Assembly: GCA_951406725.2 (NCBI GenBank)
Contig: OX597836.1
Location: 5,828,001-5,892,000, forward strand
Reading direction: 5' to 3'
DNA from: Octopus vulgaris
Lineage: Eukaryota
DNA length: 64,000 nucleotides
The position numbers were made by a program, and so were the translations under genes. Shown one piece after another: positions 1 to 13,547 of this stretch (position 1 is its first letter; each line of letters opens with the position of its first letter). The notes under the pieces were generated by a model. It did no database searches and was not told where the DNA came from. It worked only from the letters and a program-made list of their open reading frames with translations.

Positions 1-537
1 AAGATAGAAGCTACCAATAGTTTCCCGCGAGTGAGACATTGTGATTGGGCAGTTTTCTACCCTTCCTTTATCAGTATTTATTTACCCTTTGTTTTCACAT
101 GCTACATTTTATATGAAGCTTTCCATACTTTTTCGTAGTTTCTCATATACCTGGATCTTCATTTTCACATAGATATACCCATGTACTCTGAGCCTGAGGA
201 TTGCTTGGATACACTAATCTCGTTGTATAAAGCTGCTTAACCATGGTGTCTCTATGTCGAGAGACTGTTAGTAGATTTTAATTTACAAACCGTATATATG
301 TATTGCGCTCGCACACACTCATCCACACACACACACACAAACAAACACACAGGCACACATACACACAAGTTAATCGTTTCTATTATATTTAATTCAATGT
401 ACGATCGTTTAAATAGCTTTTTCATTGAAAATATTATTACAAATTTTCGACTCATTTTACACGATTTTCCATTTACACGGCGACGCGTGGAACCAATGAA
501 GCGTGCGACCGAAGAGCAATAAAACTATGTGTATGTG

Positions 538-572
<35 letters not shown>

Positions 573-673
573 ATTTATGTGAGTGTGCGTGCGTATATAT
601 ACACACACCGGTACGCCACACCACACACATACGCACACAGAAACACACATATACACAAACACACACAGATATG

Positions 674-722
<49 letters not shown>

Positions 723-965
723 ATATATATATATATATATAGATATATATATAGGCTGTTTACAACTTAAAGGTGTATATATATGTGTGTATGTGTGTGT
801 GTGCACAATGTACATACATAAGCATACATATATATACATATATATTTTTATGCATGTAAGTGTGTAAGCGTCTGTATATTTTATTACTATAAGTATATAT
901 GTATATACATATATATGTATATATATGTATATGTATGTACGTATGTATATGTATACATATATATA

Positions 966-1008
<43 letters not shown>

Positions 1009-1456
1009 ATATTTATATATACCCAGACGTGTGTGTGTGTGTGTGTGTGTGTGCGTACTTTAATAGCTTTTCAGAATTCCATCAAAAAATAATAGGCGTG
1101 GAATTTGTAGAGCAAAGAGTTCGAAAATCTATAAGTCTATATTAAAGTGCTGGTGATAATAGTGATGTTGATGCTGATGATGTGAAGAGAGAAAGGTGTG
1201 CGCGCGTTTGTGAAACAGTGTTTCTGTATGCGAGGCATTGTAATTAACGAACAGACCGACCGGAATAACAGAATGCAATCCAGTAAACGTTTTAGCTTAC
1301 ACTTTCCAACATTGGAAGAATTGCTTAATCATGGTTCTTTTCTCTTGGAGAGAAATGCTGTCTGCTGCACATAGAGGAATCACAGCCATTGCTAGAATTC
1401 TCATTATGCCCCCCCTCTCTCTCTCTCTTACACACTCTATCTCTCCCCCTCTCTAA

Positions 1457-1494
<38 letters not shown>

Positions 1495-1584
1495 ATCTCA
1501 GGGTCACTCTCTGTTCTGCACACGTGTCCATACATAGATACATACATTCATACACGCACAACCACACACATACGCACTACTATG

Positions 1585-1667
<83 letters not shown>

Positions 1668-1768
1668 ACAATCATATATGAAATCACTTCCGCATTGTTT
1701 TATTTGTTCACTTACACAATCGAATTGTGAATCAATCTATTTATCTATTTATCTATCTATCTACCTAC

Positions 1769-1847
<79 letters not shown>

Positions 1848-1877
1848 AATCTATCTATCTATCGATCTGTCTATTTG

Positions 1878-1940
<63 letters not shown>

Positions 1941-2237
1941 CTATTTATCTATCTCTCTCTCTCTCTCTATCTGTCTATCTACCTATATATATATTTATCA
2001 TCCATCGACTTCTTTAAGTCTATGTATTCGTCTCCATCTCCACCACCTCTTCCTCTCTCTCCTTATGTAAATGCGTATATATACATATATCTATATATAT
2101 AAATGTATATATATATATATAAAGGTGTGTTTGTGTACGTGTGGTGTGTGTGTATATATGTAGACATACATATATGTATGCGTGTGTGAGCGTACCGATC
2201 GAACTTTCGGTCTAACCCCCTACCTACATTTATATAC

Positions 2238-2290
<53 letters not shown>

Positions 2291-2404
2291 ATCATTCTGT
2301 CTGTTAGTCTGTGTAAGTAGCTCATTAGATATTTATCTACATACACACTAGCTTGTTAGCTAATTATCTGTAGATAGCTATTCACACGGCACATATACTG
2401 ATGC

Positions 2405-2456
<52 letters not shown>

Positions 2457-2999
2457 CACCCACACAATATACTTATAGATTCTTAATCACTACACAGCTC
2501 AGGCAACGCGCCAAAGGGGAAAATTACACAAATGCAACTAGCATTCTTAAAGTGGAATATACGCACACTTGTACGTGAGTATGTATATATGAATATATAT
2601 ATTTATATGCATGCATATACATTGACACACACACATATATATATATATATGCATATGCATATATATGTATATATATATGAATATATATATATATATATAT
2701 GTAATTATGTATGTATGTATGTATGTATGTATGTATGTATGTATGTATGTATGTATGTATGCATGTTTATGTATATATATCATAGGGATACACGAATGTG
2801 TCTGCCTGCTGGAGATAAGTGTTGAAGCCCTCGTTCAAACCACTAAAAATAACAATGAAAATAGTAACAGAATCAACAATACTCGGGCGAACGAATCGAA
2901 AAACTCCCTCGCATACCTATATAGCATAAAGCTATACATTTCCAGTTATTAGAATACACGTGTATATATATACATATATATGAAAAACTCACACACACT

Positions 3000-3053
<54 letters not shown>

Positions 3054-3196
3054 TGCATGTATATATACACACGTATACATATATGTGTATATGCACTTTT
3101 GTGATATACATCTGTATTGACATTTCTCATTGTTTATGGCGTTCTATAGGCACAAATGTATTGCTTTTACCAAAATAAATTGCACTTAATATTTAT

Positions 3197-3275
3197 GGCT
3201 CCGATGAAACTATAGGGTGTTTTTTAGGCACTGAACTACGTGTACAGTACATCTGAAACAGAAACAGCTGTAAGA
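3197..3275 (+). ncRNA. Degenerate Penelope-type hammerhead ribozyme motif
   Basis: CCGATGA (3201-3207; CTGATGA-like) then GAAAC-AGCT-GTA (3261-3272) with a palindromic stem III loop; stems I/II poorly paired. Confidence 0.3.
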
Positions 3276-3656
3276 TATATGAGTTCCATTATGTAATCAT
3301 TTATTTCTTCGTCATCTCTCTTATACATACAGACACATATGATATACGGCCGTTTCCAACGACTCCTTTACTTCATTAATGAAAACATTACGTCATTGTA
3401 AATAAACGTTTTCGTCAGACTCCTGTCCTGGAATCTGCCCTTCGTAAATATTATAGACAGTATTTTTAATGCAAATGCATGTGTGTACTGCTAAGAGCGG
3501 TTTTATTCACTCAGCCGGGTCTTATTATCTGCATCCACTGCAAAATTATCACTTATGCACTGAGTTTGACATGCCCTGGATACTGTTGGGTGTGCATGTT
3601 ACACAGACCAAACAACATACCTCATTTTATGTACCTAATTCATCTGTCTGTCTGTA

Positions 3657-3695
<39 letters not shown>

Positions 3696-3696
<1 letters not shown>

Positions 3697-4068
3697 GCTG
3701 TGGTAAGTAGCTTGTTTACCAACCACATGGTTCCGGGTTCAGTCCCACCGCGTGGCACCTTGGGCAAGTGTCTTCTACTATAGCCTCGGGCCGACCAAAG
3801 CCTTGTGAGTGGATTTGGTAGAAGGAAACTGAAAGAAGCCCGTCGTATATATGTATGTTTGTGTGTCTGTGTTTGTCCCCCAAGCATTGCTTGACAACCG
3901 ATGCTAGTGTGTTTATGTCCCCGTCACTTAGCGGTTCGGCAAAAGAGACCGATAGAATAAGTACTGGGCTTACAAAGAATAAGTCCCGGGGTCGAGTTGC
4001 TCGACTAAAGGCGGTGCTCCAGCATGGCCGCAGTCAAAATGAGTGAAACAAGTAAAAGAGTAAAAGAG
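3696..4068 (+). mobile_element. SINE-A copy (tRNA-like head, CORE-like segment, internal TA/TG microsatellite, (AGTAAAAG)n tail)
   Basis: Near-identical to 8269-8666 and to the reverse complement of 5632-6060 and 10712-11111; B-box-like GGTTCAGTCC; CACCTTGGGCAAGTGTCTTC. Confidence 0.9.
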
Positions 4069-4309
4069 AATATATGTATGTATATCACCTGGCCAAAATA
4101 TTCCTATTTACCACAGCCTGGGTCATCACATCTTCATTAGACGCCGTGTCTGCCCATGTTACCCTCCAATATTCGTCTTAAGAACCAATGAAATCCTGTA
4201 ACAGTTCAAATTCCACCGAAGTCAACTTCGCCCTTCATTCTTTCGGGATGGACGAAATAAAAATACTCCTCCCCTCAAAATTTGTATCATTGTTTCAAAA
4301 ATTATTTGT

Positions 4310-4515
4310 CGCATTGGCATAATCGTTAACACACTGGGGAAAATGCTTCGCATTATTTGGTTCTTCATTTAGTTCTGAGTTCAAATTCCACTGAAGTCGA
4401 TTTTGCTTGTCATAATTTCGAGGTCGATAAATTAAGTTCCAGTTGAGCCCTGGGATCTATGTAAGCGACTAGTCCCCTACCTCCAAGTTTCAGGCCTCGA
4501 GCCAATAGTCAAAAA
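4310..4515 (+). mobile_element. SINE-B degenerate copy (second fragment at ~4203-4290)
   Basis: GAGTTCAAATTCC B-box, then GGTCGATAAATTAAGT..CAG as in 11680-11888. Confidence 0.7.
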
Positions 4516-4626
4516 GCTGATTTGTTACTATGCACTTACCATGTTCTCATCAAGGCTTTTTTTTTCTGTATATCTCAGGATACATATCTTTGTTCCTCAG
4601 GTGCATATATTGACATTAGCATTTAG

Positions 4627-4673
4627 AAGGAAATACTCCAAGGAAATACTCCAAGGAAATACTCCAAGGAAAT
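4627..4673. repeat. 13-bp tandem repeat (AAGGAAATACTCC) x3.5
   Basis: Read directly. Confidence 0.85.
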
Positions 4674-5017
4674 GTATTATATACCTAATTACCAACACTG
4701 TAAGGTTTCGCATAATTATTATATACAAAGTTGAAAATTTTTAATTATCTGAGATTAACCAAACAATTAGTAGAGCAAAACCATAATTGTCTATTAATCG
4801 ATCGGAAACATTCGCAAATTATGGAAAGTTTTCAAATTTTCAAATTAGTCTATTACATATGAGTGATCCTACATTAATTATTTACATTATTGTTTTATTT
4901 GTGAGTGGTTGTGTTACCATTAACCATTCTTCTTAATGTACCCTCCCAGCAGACATCTTCGATCCAGGATCTAATCACGTTCTCACCCACAAAGGACGTA
5001 GCGAACCATGACGCTTA

Positions 5018-5243
5018 TGAGGAGAGGGGGACTGAAAAGATCCTGGCTTTGGGTAAAAGAAAATGCAGGAGGATTAGTGAATTACGATTTTATTCAACAT
5101 ATTCCCCTTCTCACATACACAAAATTATTGCAGCACTCCATCAGTTTTTATAAGCTCTGTAAAAGAACTCGGAAGTTTGGGGCTCCAGCCAGGCCTTTTG
5201 CGAAACCCTTAAACCCAGGAATTTCTCAGTCCCCACCACTCAC
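5018..5243. mobile_element. Mariner-type MITE, degenerate copy
   Basis: Homologous to 5285-5467; imperfect TIRs GGGGACTGAAAAGATCCTGG / CCAGGAATTTCTCAGTCCCC. Confidence 0.65.
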
Positions 5244-5284
5244 ATATACATACATACACATACATCTGTATGCATACATATATA

Positions 5285-5467
5285 CTAGGGGGTGCTGAAA
5301 AGTTCTTGGCTTTGGGTAAGAGAGAATACAGGAGGATCACTTAATTATGATTTTATTACAGCGGTCCTGCAGTTTTTCTCAGCCCTGTAAAAGAACTCGG
5401 AAGGTTGGACTTTCAACAAGGCCTTTCGCAATACCCCTAAAGCCAGGAGCTTTTCAGCACGCCCGCG
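5285..5467. mobile_element. Mariner-type MITE
   Basis: ~28-bp TIRs CTAGGGGGTGCTGAAAAGTTCTTGGCTTT / AAAGCCAGGAGCTTTTCAGCACGCCCGCG, TA on both sides. Confidence 0.75.
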
Positions 5468-5631
5468 TAGACTTTCTGTAATCAGCTAGAAGGATCAAGC
5501 GCTTTCCCTCCCCGTCTTCGTTTCTTCTTTTGATTTAATTTTCAGTTTTTCTGTTGTTACTGTAGTTTCTGTATTCAGGGTAAACCTTCATCATATGCTC
5601 TGATTAAGTTTGTTTTCTGGTAGATTCTGTT

Positions 5632-5857
5632 CTCTTTACTCTCTTTTACTCTTTTACTCTTTTACTTGTTTCAGTCATTTGACTGCGGCCATGCAGGAGC
5701 ACCGCCTTTAGTCGAGCAAATCGACCCCGGGACTTATTCTTTGTAAGCCCAGTACTTATCCTATCGGTCTCTTTTGCTGAACCGCTAAGTGACGGGGACG
5801 TAAACACACCAGCATCGGTTGTCAAGCAATGCTAGGGAGACAAACACAGACACACAA

Positions 5858-5888
<31 letters not shown>

Positions 5889-6060
5889 CAAATATACGAC
5901 AGGCTTCTTTCAGTTTCCGTCTACCAAATCCACTCACAAGGCATTGGTCGGCCCGGGGCTATAGCAGAAGACACTTGCCCAAGATGCCACGCAGTGGGAC
6001 TGAACCCGGAACCATGTGGTTGGTTAGCAAGCTACTTACCACACAGCCACTCCTGCGCCT
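5632..6060 (-). mobile_element. SINE-A full-length copy
   Basis: Reverse complement of 8269-8666; (CTTTTACT)n tail at the left end. Confidence 0.9.
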
Positions 6061-6179
6061 ATGTAGGATCTTCCATGCTTGTCACTCTCTCAGGAAACTA
6101 GCATCTGCTTTAATTACAGTCATCGCAAGCGATTTGCTTTCAACAATCACCTCGACATTTGTGCACATAGACTTCCAAA

Positions 6180-6800
6180 TTTGGTTTCAAATTTTGGCTA
6201 GCAATTTCGAAGAGGATGTGAGTCGAATACATCGACCCCAGTGTTCAAATTGTACTTAATTTATCAACTATAAAAGATCGAAAATATAGTCGATCTCGGT
6301 GGAATTTGAACTCTGAACGTAAAGATGAACGAAATACCGCTAAGCATTTGCCAGGCGTGCTAACGATTCTACCAGCTCGACGCCTTACATTCTATTATGA
6401 TATTCGCTTCAAATTCTGTCCCAAGGTCAGAAATTTTTGGGGAAGGACTAAGTCGATTACATCGATCCCAGTGCTCAGCTGTTGCTTAATTTATCGATCT
6501 CGGAAGGTTGAAACGCAAAGTCAACCTTGGCGGCATTTCAACTCAGAAAGTAAAGACAGACGAAATACCTATTTCTTTACTACCCACAAGGGGCTAAGCA
6601 CAGAGGAGACAAACAAGGACAGGCAAACGGATTAAGTCGATTACATCGACCCCAGTGCGTAACTGGTACTTAATTTATCGATCCCGAAAGGATGAAAGGC
6701 AAAGTCGACCTCGGCGGAATTTGAACTCAGAACGTAACGGCAGACGAAATACCGCTCAGCATTTCTCCCAGCGTGCTAACGATTCAGCCGCCTCACTGTC
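6180..6800 (-). mobile_element. Three tandem/nested SINE-B copies (~6180-6386, 6405-6569, 6570-6800)
   Basis: Motif block TTAATTTATC...TCGA(C/T)CTCGG..GAATTTGAACTC recurs three times; two different 3' tails. Confidence 0.85.
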
Positions 6801-8197
6801 TTAGAGCCTATTCTGATATCAGAATATATTCATGACAACTAAACTAAGATGGAGCATATGATGGTCAATGTAAAGGTCATGTAAAGGTTGTCTAATTAGC
6901 TTCAAGGGAGTTATTCGCATGTTGTGTCATTGTAAGAGAGGTCTACGAGTAGGCAGCATCAATGGTGGGATCATACGTAGGCTGGAATATTTCATGACGA
7001 GAATCATGTTTATAGACAACGAGATATTTTATTTTTGTTTTGGCGGGAATCATATACAAGGTGTGGTACTTTTTACCGGAAACTATGAATGGGCTGTGAT
7101 ATATTACGTTGCGAAAATATGAGTAGGTTGTGTTTTTTTTTTTTTATAGTATGGTATATGCGTAAGCTGTAGTATTTTTTTTTTTTTTTTGGTAGCAGCA
7201 ATGTTTAGTGTGGGATAAATTCTGGCGGAAATCACGGATTGTTTGTGACATTTTATGGCGGGAAAATGTGTAGGTCGATACTTTATCGCGTGAATCATTA
7301 ATAAGTTATGAGACTGTGATATTTTGATAAAAATGAGTGATGCGGAGGTTGTGATATATTGGGGGTCATATCAGTGTTATGTTACTTTATAGGGGGTTTG
7401 ATATAGAGGATGTTGTTGCTGTTGTTGTTGCTCTTGCTGTTGTTGATGTAGAGTTGACTTGATTCTGAAGAAATAGGTATTAAACATTTCTTTAAACAAT
7501 GGTCTTTCCGACGGCGCAACTATGAATATGCAAGAAGTATTAAACACACACGCACGCACGCACGCACACACACACACACACGCCCGCGCACACACACACA
7601 TACACACAACACACACACACAACATGCAGACACGCAACACACACATCCACACCCCACACATCCACACCCCCAAACACGAACACACGCATATACTTATGCA
7701 CACGTACATACACACACACATACCCCTAATTATTTAGATTGATGCATTTATTGAATTTGTTTAAATCGACATAGAAAAGAAAACAAAAGCCAAATTCGAA
7801 CTGGGTGGCATTTGAACGTAGAAGGACAGAGAACCTGAAATAACATTGCTAGACATTTCTTTTTCCTGCAACTCAAATAATTCAGCCAGTTGGTCAACAT
7901 AATCGTACACACATACAAGGTTTGTTCTTTGCACTTTTATCCTAATTCCTTACTTCCAAATAAAAACTTGTAAACCTGCCAACTTTTGAGAAGAAATGAA
8001 TAGATATCCCTCGTATTAACTGTCCGCCATGGGGACAGCGCGTCTTGGAATAAACAGATCTTCATCCACATAGCTTGTCATGCATATATACATAGATACA
8101 TACATACATACACACACACACGCACACACACATTTATATGTCAAGTAAAGATATATAGATACACACACATACATATATATGCGCGCGTGTGTGTGTG

Positions 8198-8239
<42 letters not shown>

Positions 8240-8268
8240 GGCGCATATATATATATATATATACATAT

Positions 8269-8666
8269 AGGCGCAGGAGTGGCTGTGTGGTAAGTAGCTT
8301 GTTTACCAGTCACATGGTTCCGGGTTCAGTCCCACTGCATGGCACCTTGGGCAAGTGTCTTCTACTATAGCCTCGGGCCGACAAAAAGCCTTTTGAGTGG
8401 ATTTGGTAGACGGAAACTGAAAGAAGCCCGTCGTATATATGTATATATATATGTGTGTGCGTGTATGTATGTGTGTCTGTGTTTGTCCCCCTAGCATTGC
8501 TTGACAATCGATGCTGGTGTGTTTATGTCCCCGTCACTTAGCGGTTCGGCAAAATGGACCGATAGAATAAGTACTGGGCTTACAAAGAGTAAGTCCCGGA
8601 GTCGAGTTGCTCGGTTAAAGGCGGTGGTCCAGCATGGCCGCAGTCAAATGACTGAAACAAGTAAAA
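8269..8666 (+). mobile_element. SINE-A full-length copy
   Basis: AGGCGCAGGAGTGGCTGTGTGG head through GACTGAAACAAGTAAAA tail. Confidence 0.9.
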
Positions 8667-8927
8667 AAAATATATATATATATATATGCGTGCGTTTGTA
8701 TGTGTGTGTGTATTATGTAAGTAGGATATTATAATACAAGCTGTGATATCAATTATTTCCACTAGGAAATATCTTACATATTTTGTGCTACACGTACAAT
8801 TTTATATAACTCTTGGTAGCAAATGGAAAACGTGTAATGGTGTATAAATGATAAGTAAAATGTTTTCAAATTTCCCATTTATATATGTGTGTGCGGGAAT
8901 GTATGATGTATGTAACCGCCAAACATA

Positions 8928-9050
8928 TCTACTCAGAAAGCTTTGATCGACCCGGGGCTATAATAGAAAACATTTACTCCCAAAGTGCCACGACGTAGGA
9001 CTGAACACACAACCATGTGGTTGGGATACAATCCTCCTAACACAATGCCA
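8928..9050 (-). mobile_element. SINE-A degenerate 5' fragment
   Basis: GGGGCTATAATAGAAAACA...GTGCCACG...GGACTGAAC...AACCATGTGGTTG. Confidence 0.65.
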
Positions 9051-9217
9051 CAATAGCACAACGCTTATACATACATTCATTCATACATACATACATACAT
9101 ACATACATACAGACAGACATACATACAGACATACATACAGACATACATACAGACATACATATATACATACATACATACATATATATACATTCATACATAC
9201 ATACATACATACATACA

Positions 9218-9253
<36 letters not shown>

Positions 9254-9448
9254 TTCATACATACAGACAGACAGACATGCATATATACATACATACATAT
9301 ATACATACAGACATACATATATACATACATACATACATACATACATACATACATACATACATACATACATACATACATACATACATACATACATGTAACA
9401 TCAGCCGTTCTCGATTTCCTTTCCCTCTTTGGACTTTACCTTTTTTCC

Positions 9449-9481
9449 TTTCCGATGAAGAGGTATGCTCGAAACGTCAAA
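9449..9481 (+). ncRNA. Minimal hammerhead-like motif in a probable Penelope terminal-repeat remnant (related decayed copy at ~27645-27760)
   Basis: TTT-CCGATGA-A-GAG(GTATG)CTC-GAAAC-GTC-AAA; one core mismatch (CCG for CTG). Confidence 0.4.
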
Positions 9482-9726
9482 CTCTCTCTTTTCACCGAGT
9501 GTCAAGATAATATGCTTCTTCTGCATGTCCTCTTCTTGTCCGTTAATTTCCCTCGTTTATTTGAATTGCTTGTGTATTTGATTGGCTAATTACTACACAC
9601 TCACACGCACCGACCACGCCATTCCGACTGATTTGGAGTACCTGACTCATGGATTTCCTACTCTACCCTTAGAGCACGTTGCCTTTAAATTCCTTTGGAA
9701 TACTTTGCTTTCGTACCTTTGGTTAT

Positions 9727-9758
<32 letters not shown>

Positions 9759-9847
9759 ACACACACACATATATATATATATAGACATATACATACATTA
9801 TATACATGTATGTACATACATACATACATACATACATGCATACATAC

Positions 9848-9893
<46 letters not shown>

Positions 9894-10056
9894 GGGAGGG
9901 TGCCTCTGTATGTATGGGTCTGTGTATATATATATTTCATAGCATTTTTTCCGATGGTCAGATAACTGAAGAGATGGCGGCGTGGATTTCAACCCCGGCA
10001 TCCGAAACTCGGAGTTTTATCATGGCTACCGAATAATTGTCACATATTACATTTAC

Positions 10057-10102
<46 letters not shown>

Positions 10103-10190
10103 ACAACATGGACAAGAACGTATAACTCTTAATATATACAAAGCGAGAGAGAGAGAGAGAGATAGAGAGAGAAAGAGAAAGAAAGAGATG

Positions 10191-10221
<31 letters not shown>

Positions 10222-10480
10222 TTACATGTGTGTGTGCGTGTGTGTGCATATGTGTGTGTGCATATGTGTGTGTGCATATGTGTGTGTGCGTGTGTGTATA
10301 TGTGTGTGTGAGTGTGTGCCTAAATGAGTGAAGGATTAAATGAACAGCCAGGCGTATGCAGTCGTCTTGTAGAGACCTGAGAATCATTTTCTTTCGTATT
10401 TGTCTACCAAGAATCCAAAATCACCAACAAATTCATGTGACAACGTGTTTAACGACAGCCATTGACGAGTAAGCAACCGA

Positions 10481-10571
10481 GTAACCATGGTTACTTACCA
10501 AACGTATCAGTAGACTTTCTGCTTATTTCCCAGAAATTCCTGCGGACGAGAAAACCTGTTGCTATGACAAC
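10481..10571. promoter_or_regulatory. Two RFX X-box-like palindromes
   Basis: GTAACCATGGTTAC (10481-10494) and GTTGCTATGACAAC (10558-10571) in non-repetitive sequence. Confidence 0.3.
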
Positions 10572-10674
10572 CGCTATACATATACTTTGGCAATTATGTA
10601 TCTTCTATCTGTTGGCATTATAATACTATATGTGTGTGTGTGAGTGTGAGTCTGTATGTGTGTTTGTGTATGTG

Positions 10675-10711
<37 letters not shown>

Positions 10712-10712
<1 letters not shown>

Positions 10713-11111
10713 TCTTTTACTTGTTTCAGTGACTGCGGCCATTCTAGAGCACCGCCTTTAATCGAGCAACTCGACCCCGGGACTAATTCTTTTGTAAGCC
10801 CAGTACTTATTCTATCGGTCTCTTTTGCCGAACCGCTAAGTGACGGGGACATAAACACACCATCATCGGTTGTCAAGCAATGCTAGGGGGACAAACACAG
10901 ACACACAAACATATACACACACACTTATACATATATATACATATATACGACGGGCTTCTTTCAGTTTCCGTTTACCAAATCCACTCACAAGGCTTTGGTC
11001 GGCCCGAGGCTATAGTAGAAGACACTTGCCCAAGGTGCCACGCAGTGGGACTGAACCCGGAACCATGTGGTTGGTAAGCAAGCTACTTACCACTCAGCCA
11101 CTCCTGCGCCT
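10712..11111 (-). mobile_element. SINE-A full-length copy
   Basis: High identity to 5632-6060. Confidence 0.9.
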
Positions 11112-11258
11112 ATATATATAAGAATATATTCCGCTATATCGGAAATCTCCAATGGTTTCGTAACTACCGTCTTGTTTATAACCTTAGAGCTCTAGTAATG
11201 CGTTACACTACTTACCTAGGGTACCGAAACGTTCAGATCACATGTGAACTAAAACCTC

Positions 11259-11320
<62 letters not shown>

Positions 11321-11679
11321 AACATATACACATACTTGTGTGTGTGTGTGTGTTTGTGCGTGCGTGTGTGTGTGTGTGTGTATGTGCGTGTGTGGGGGGG
11401 GTGCATCTGTTTATGTATTCTTGACATTTCCTTCATCAGCTGTCGACAAGAGTTCATAGCAATTTCAACACCCAAATACACTCCCTGAATCTTAGGTAAG
11501 ATTCACAGATCCGCTGCTCTATTATTCATTGACTGCACATCTCAGAGCATAATTGCCCTCTTTGGCATTCCTTTGGTCCGCCGAATTATTTGCACTTTGT
11601 CCACTGTCCGGTCGTTTCCTGTAGTGCGCGAGTTCCTATATACATGCATATGTATGGGTATAAACATGTATATATACAT

Positions 11680-11888
11680 TAGCACGCCGGGCGAAATTCG
11701 TAGCCGTATTTCGTCTGTCGTTACGTTCCGAGTTCAAATTCCGCCGAGGTCGACTTTGCCTTTCATCCTTTCGGGGTCGATAAATTAAGTACCAGTTACG
11801 CACTGGGGTCGATGTAGTCGACTTAATCCCTTTGTCTGTCCTTGTTTGTCCCCTCTGTGTTTAGCCCCTTGTGGGTAGTAAAGAAATA
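11680..11888 (+). mobile_element. SINE-B, slightly 5'-truncated, flanked by a 43-bp direct repeat
   Basis: GAGTTCAAATTCC B-box; central GCCTTTCATCCTTTCGGGGTCGATAAATTAAGTACCAG (resembles the Meta/MESC SINE domain, from memory); identical flanks 11637-11679 and 11889-11931. Confidence 0.9.
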
Positions 11889-11955
11889 TATATACATGCA
11901 TATGTATGGGTATAAACATGTATATATACATACACACACACACACACACACACAT

Positions 11956-12005
<50 letters not shown>

Positions 12006-12783
12006 GTGTATGTGAGTGCGTGCGTCGAGCTTCTTTCAGTATCTGTCCTCCAAACCTATTCACAAGACTTTGGTCAGTCCGATGTCATAGTAGAAGATAT
12101 CTTCCTGGAATACCATGCAGTTGGACTGAACGCTGAACTAGGTAATAGAGGACCTAACTTCTTACGACACTGCCATTGTGCAAGATTGAAGATATGTGCC
12201 ATAAAAGGTCTAGGGATTAGAATCATGGTCAATAGGTTCAATTCTTGTTCTGAACACCGCGCTGGGACCTTTACTAGGGTATTTCACTCAACGCTCACCT
12301 TTTCCATCCAGTTTTGCAATGTGGCCCCTTTGTAACACACGTGACACAGTGAGGATTACCCTGAATAGCTTAGCATTCTGTTCAGATGTGTCTGTATGGG
12401 GTACTCACATTAATTCTATGAAAACCAGATAATTTTCGGCCTCATGTACCCGTTGACACGTCGAAGAAATCTCTTAATTTCTCCTCATAATTATCAAGCG
12501 AATATCGTCGTAGAAGATTACCAGGAAAGTAAGTGCGTCTTAATTGAAATAATTCATCTGTGAAAGATATGGGGAAAGAGAATTCAAATATCAAGATTTA
12601 TTCGCTATGTAAGGGCTGAAAAACAGAGATGATACTTAGAGCAAAAGGTGACTTGGAAATACATGACAACGTGTGAGATAAATGCATAAACAAAATCTTT
12701 CCTTTACGTTGTGTAACACGTTTACTTCTGCATGAATCAGCAATATTAGGAAATAGATATTGTTTATTATTATTATTATTATT

Positions 12784-13232
<449 letters not shown>

Positions 13233-13432
13233 CATATAGGGCGGAATGCTTAGCAGTATTTCGTCTGCCGCTGAATTCTGAGTTCAAATTCTACCAAATT
13301 CTGACTTCTGAGTTCAAATTTGCTTCTCACTCTTACGGGATCGATGAAGTAAGTACCAGTTACGCACTGAGGTCGATAAAATCAACTAATCCCCTTCCCA
13401 CAGCATTTTCAAGGCCTTGGGCTTTGAGTATA

Positions 13433-13547
<115 letters not shown>

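Noticed and set aside
5819-6259. Recurring ORFs such as RRASFSFRLPNPLTRLWSARGYSRRHLPK
   Set aside because: SINE-A read-through, present in many copies with frameshifts
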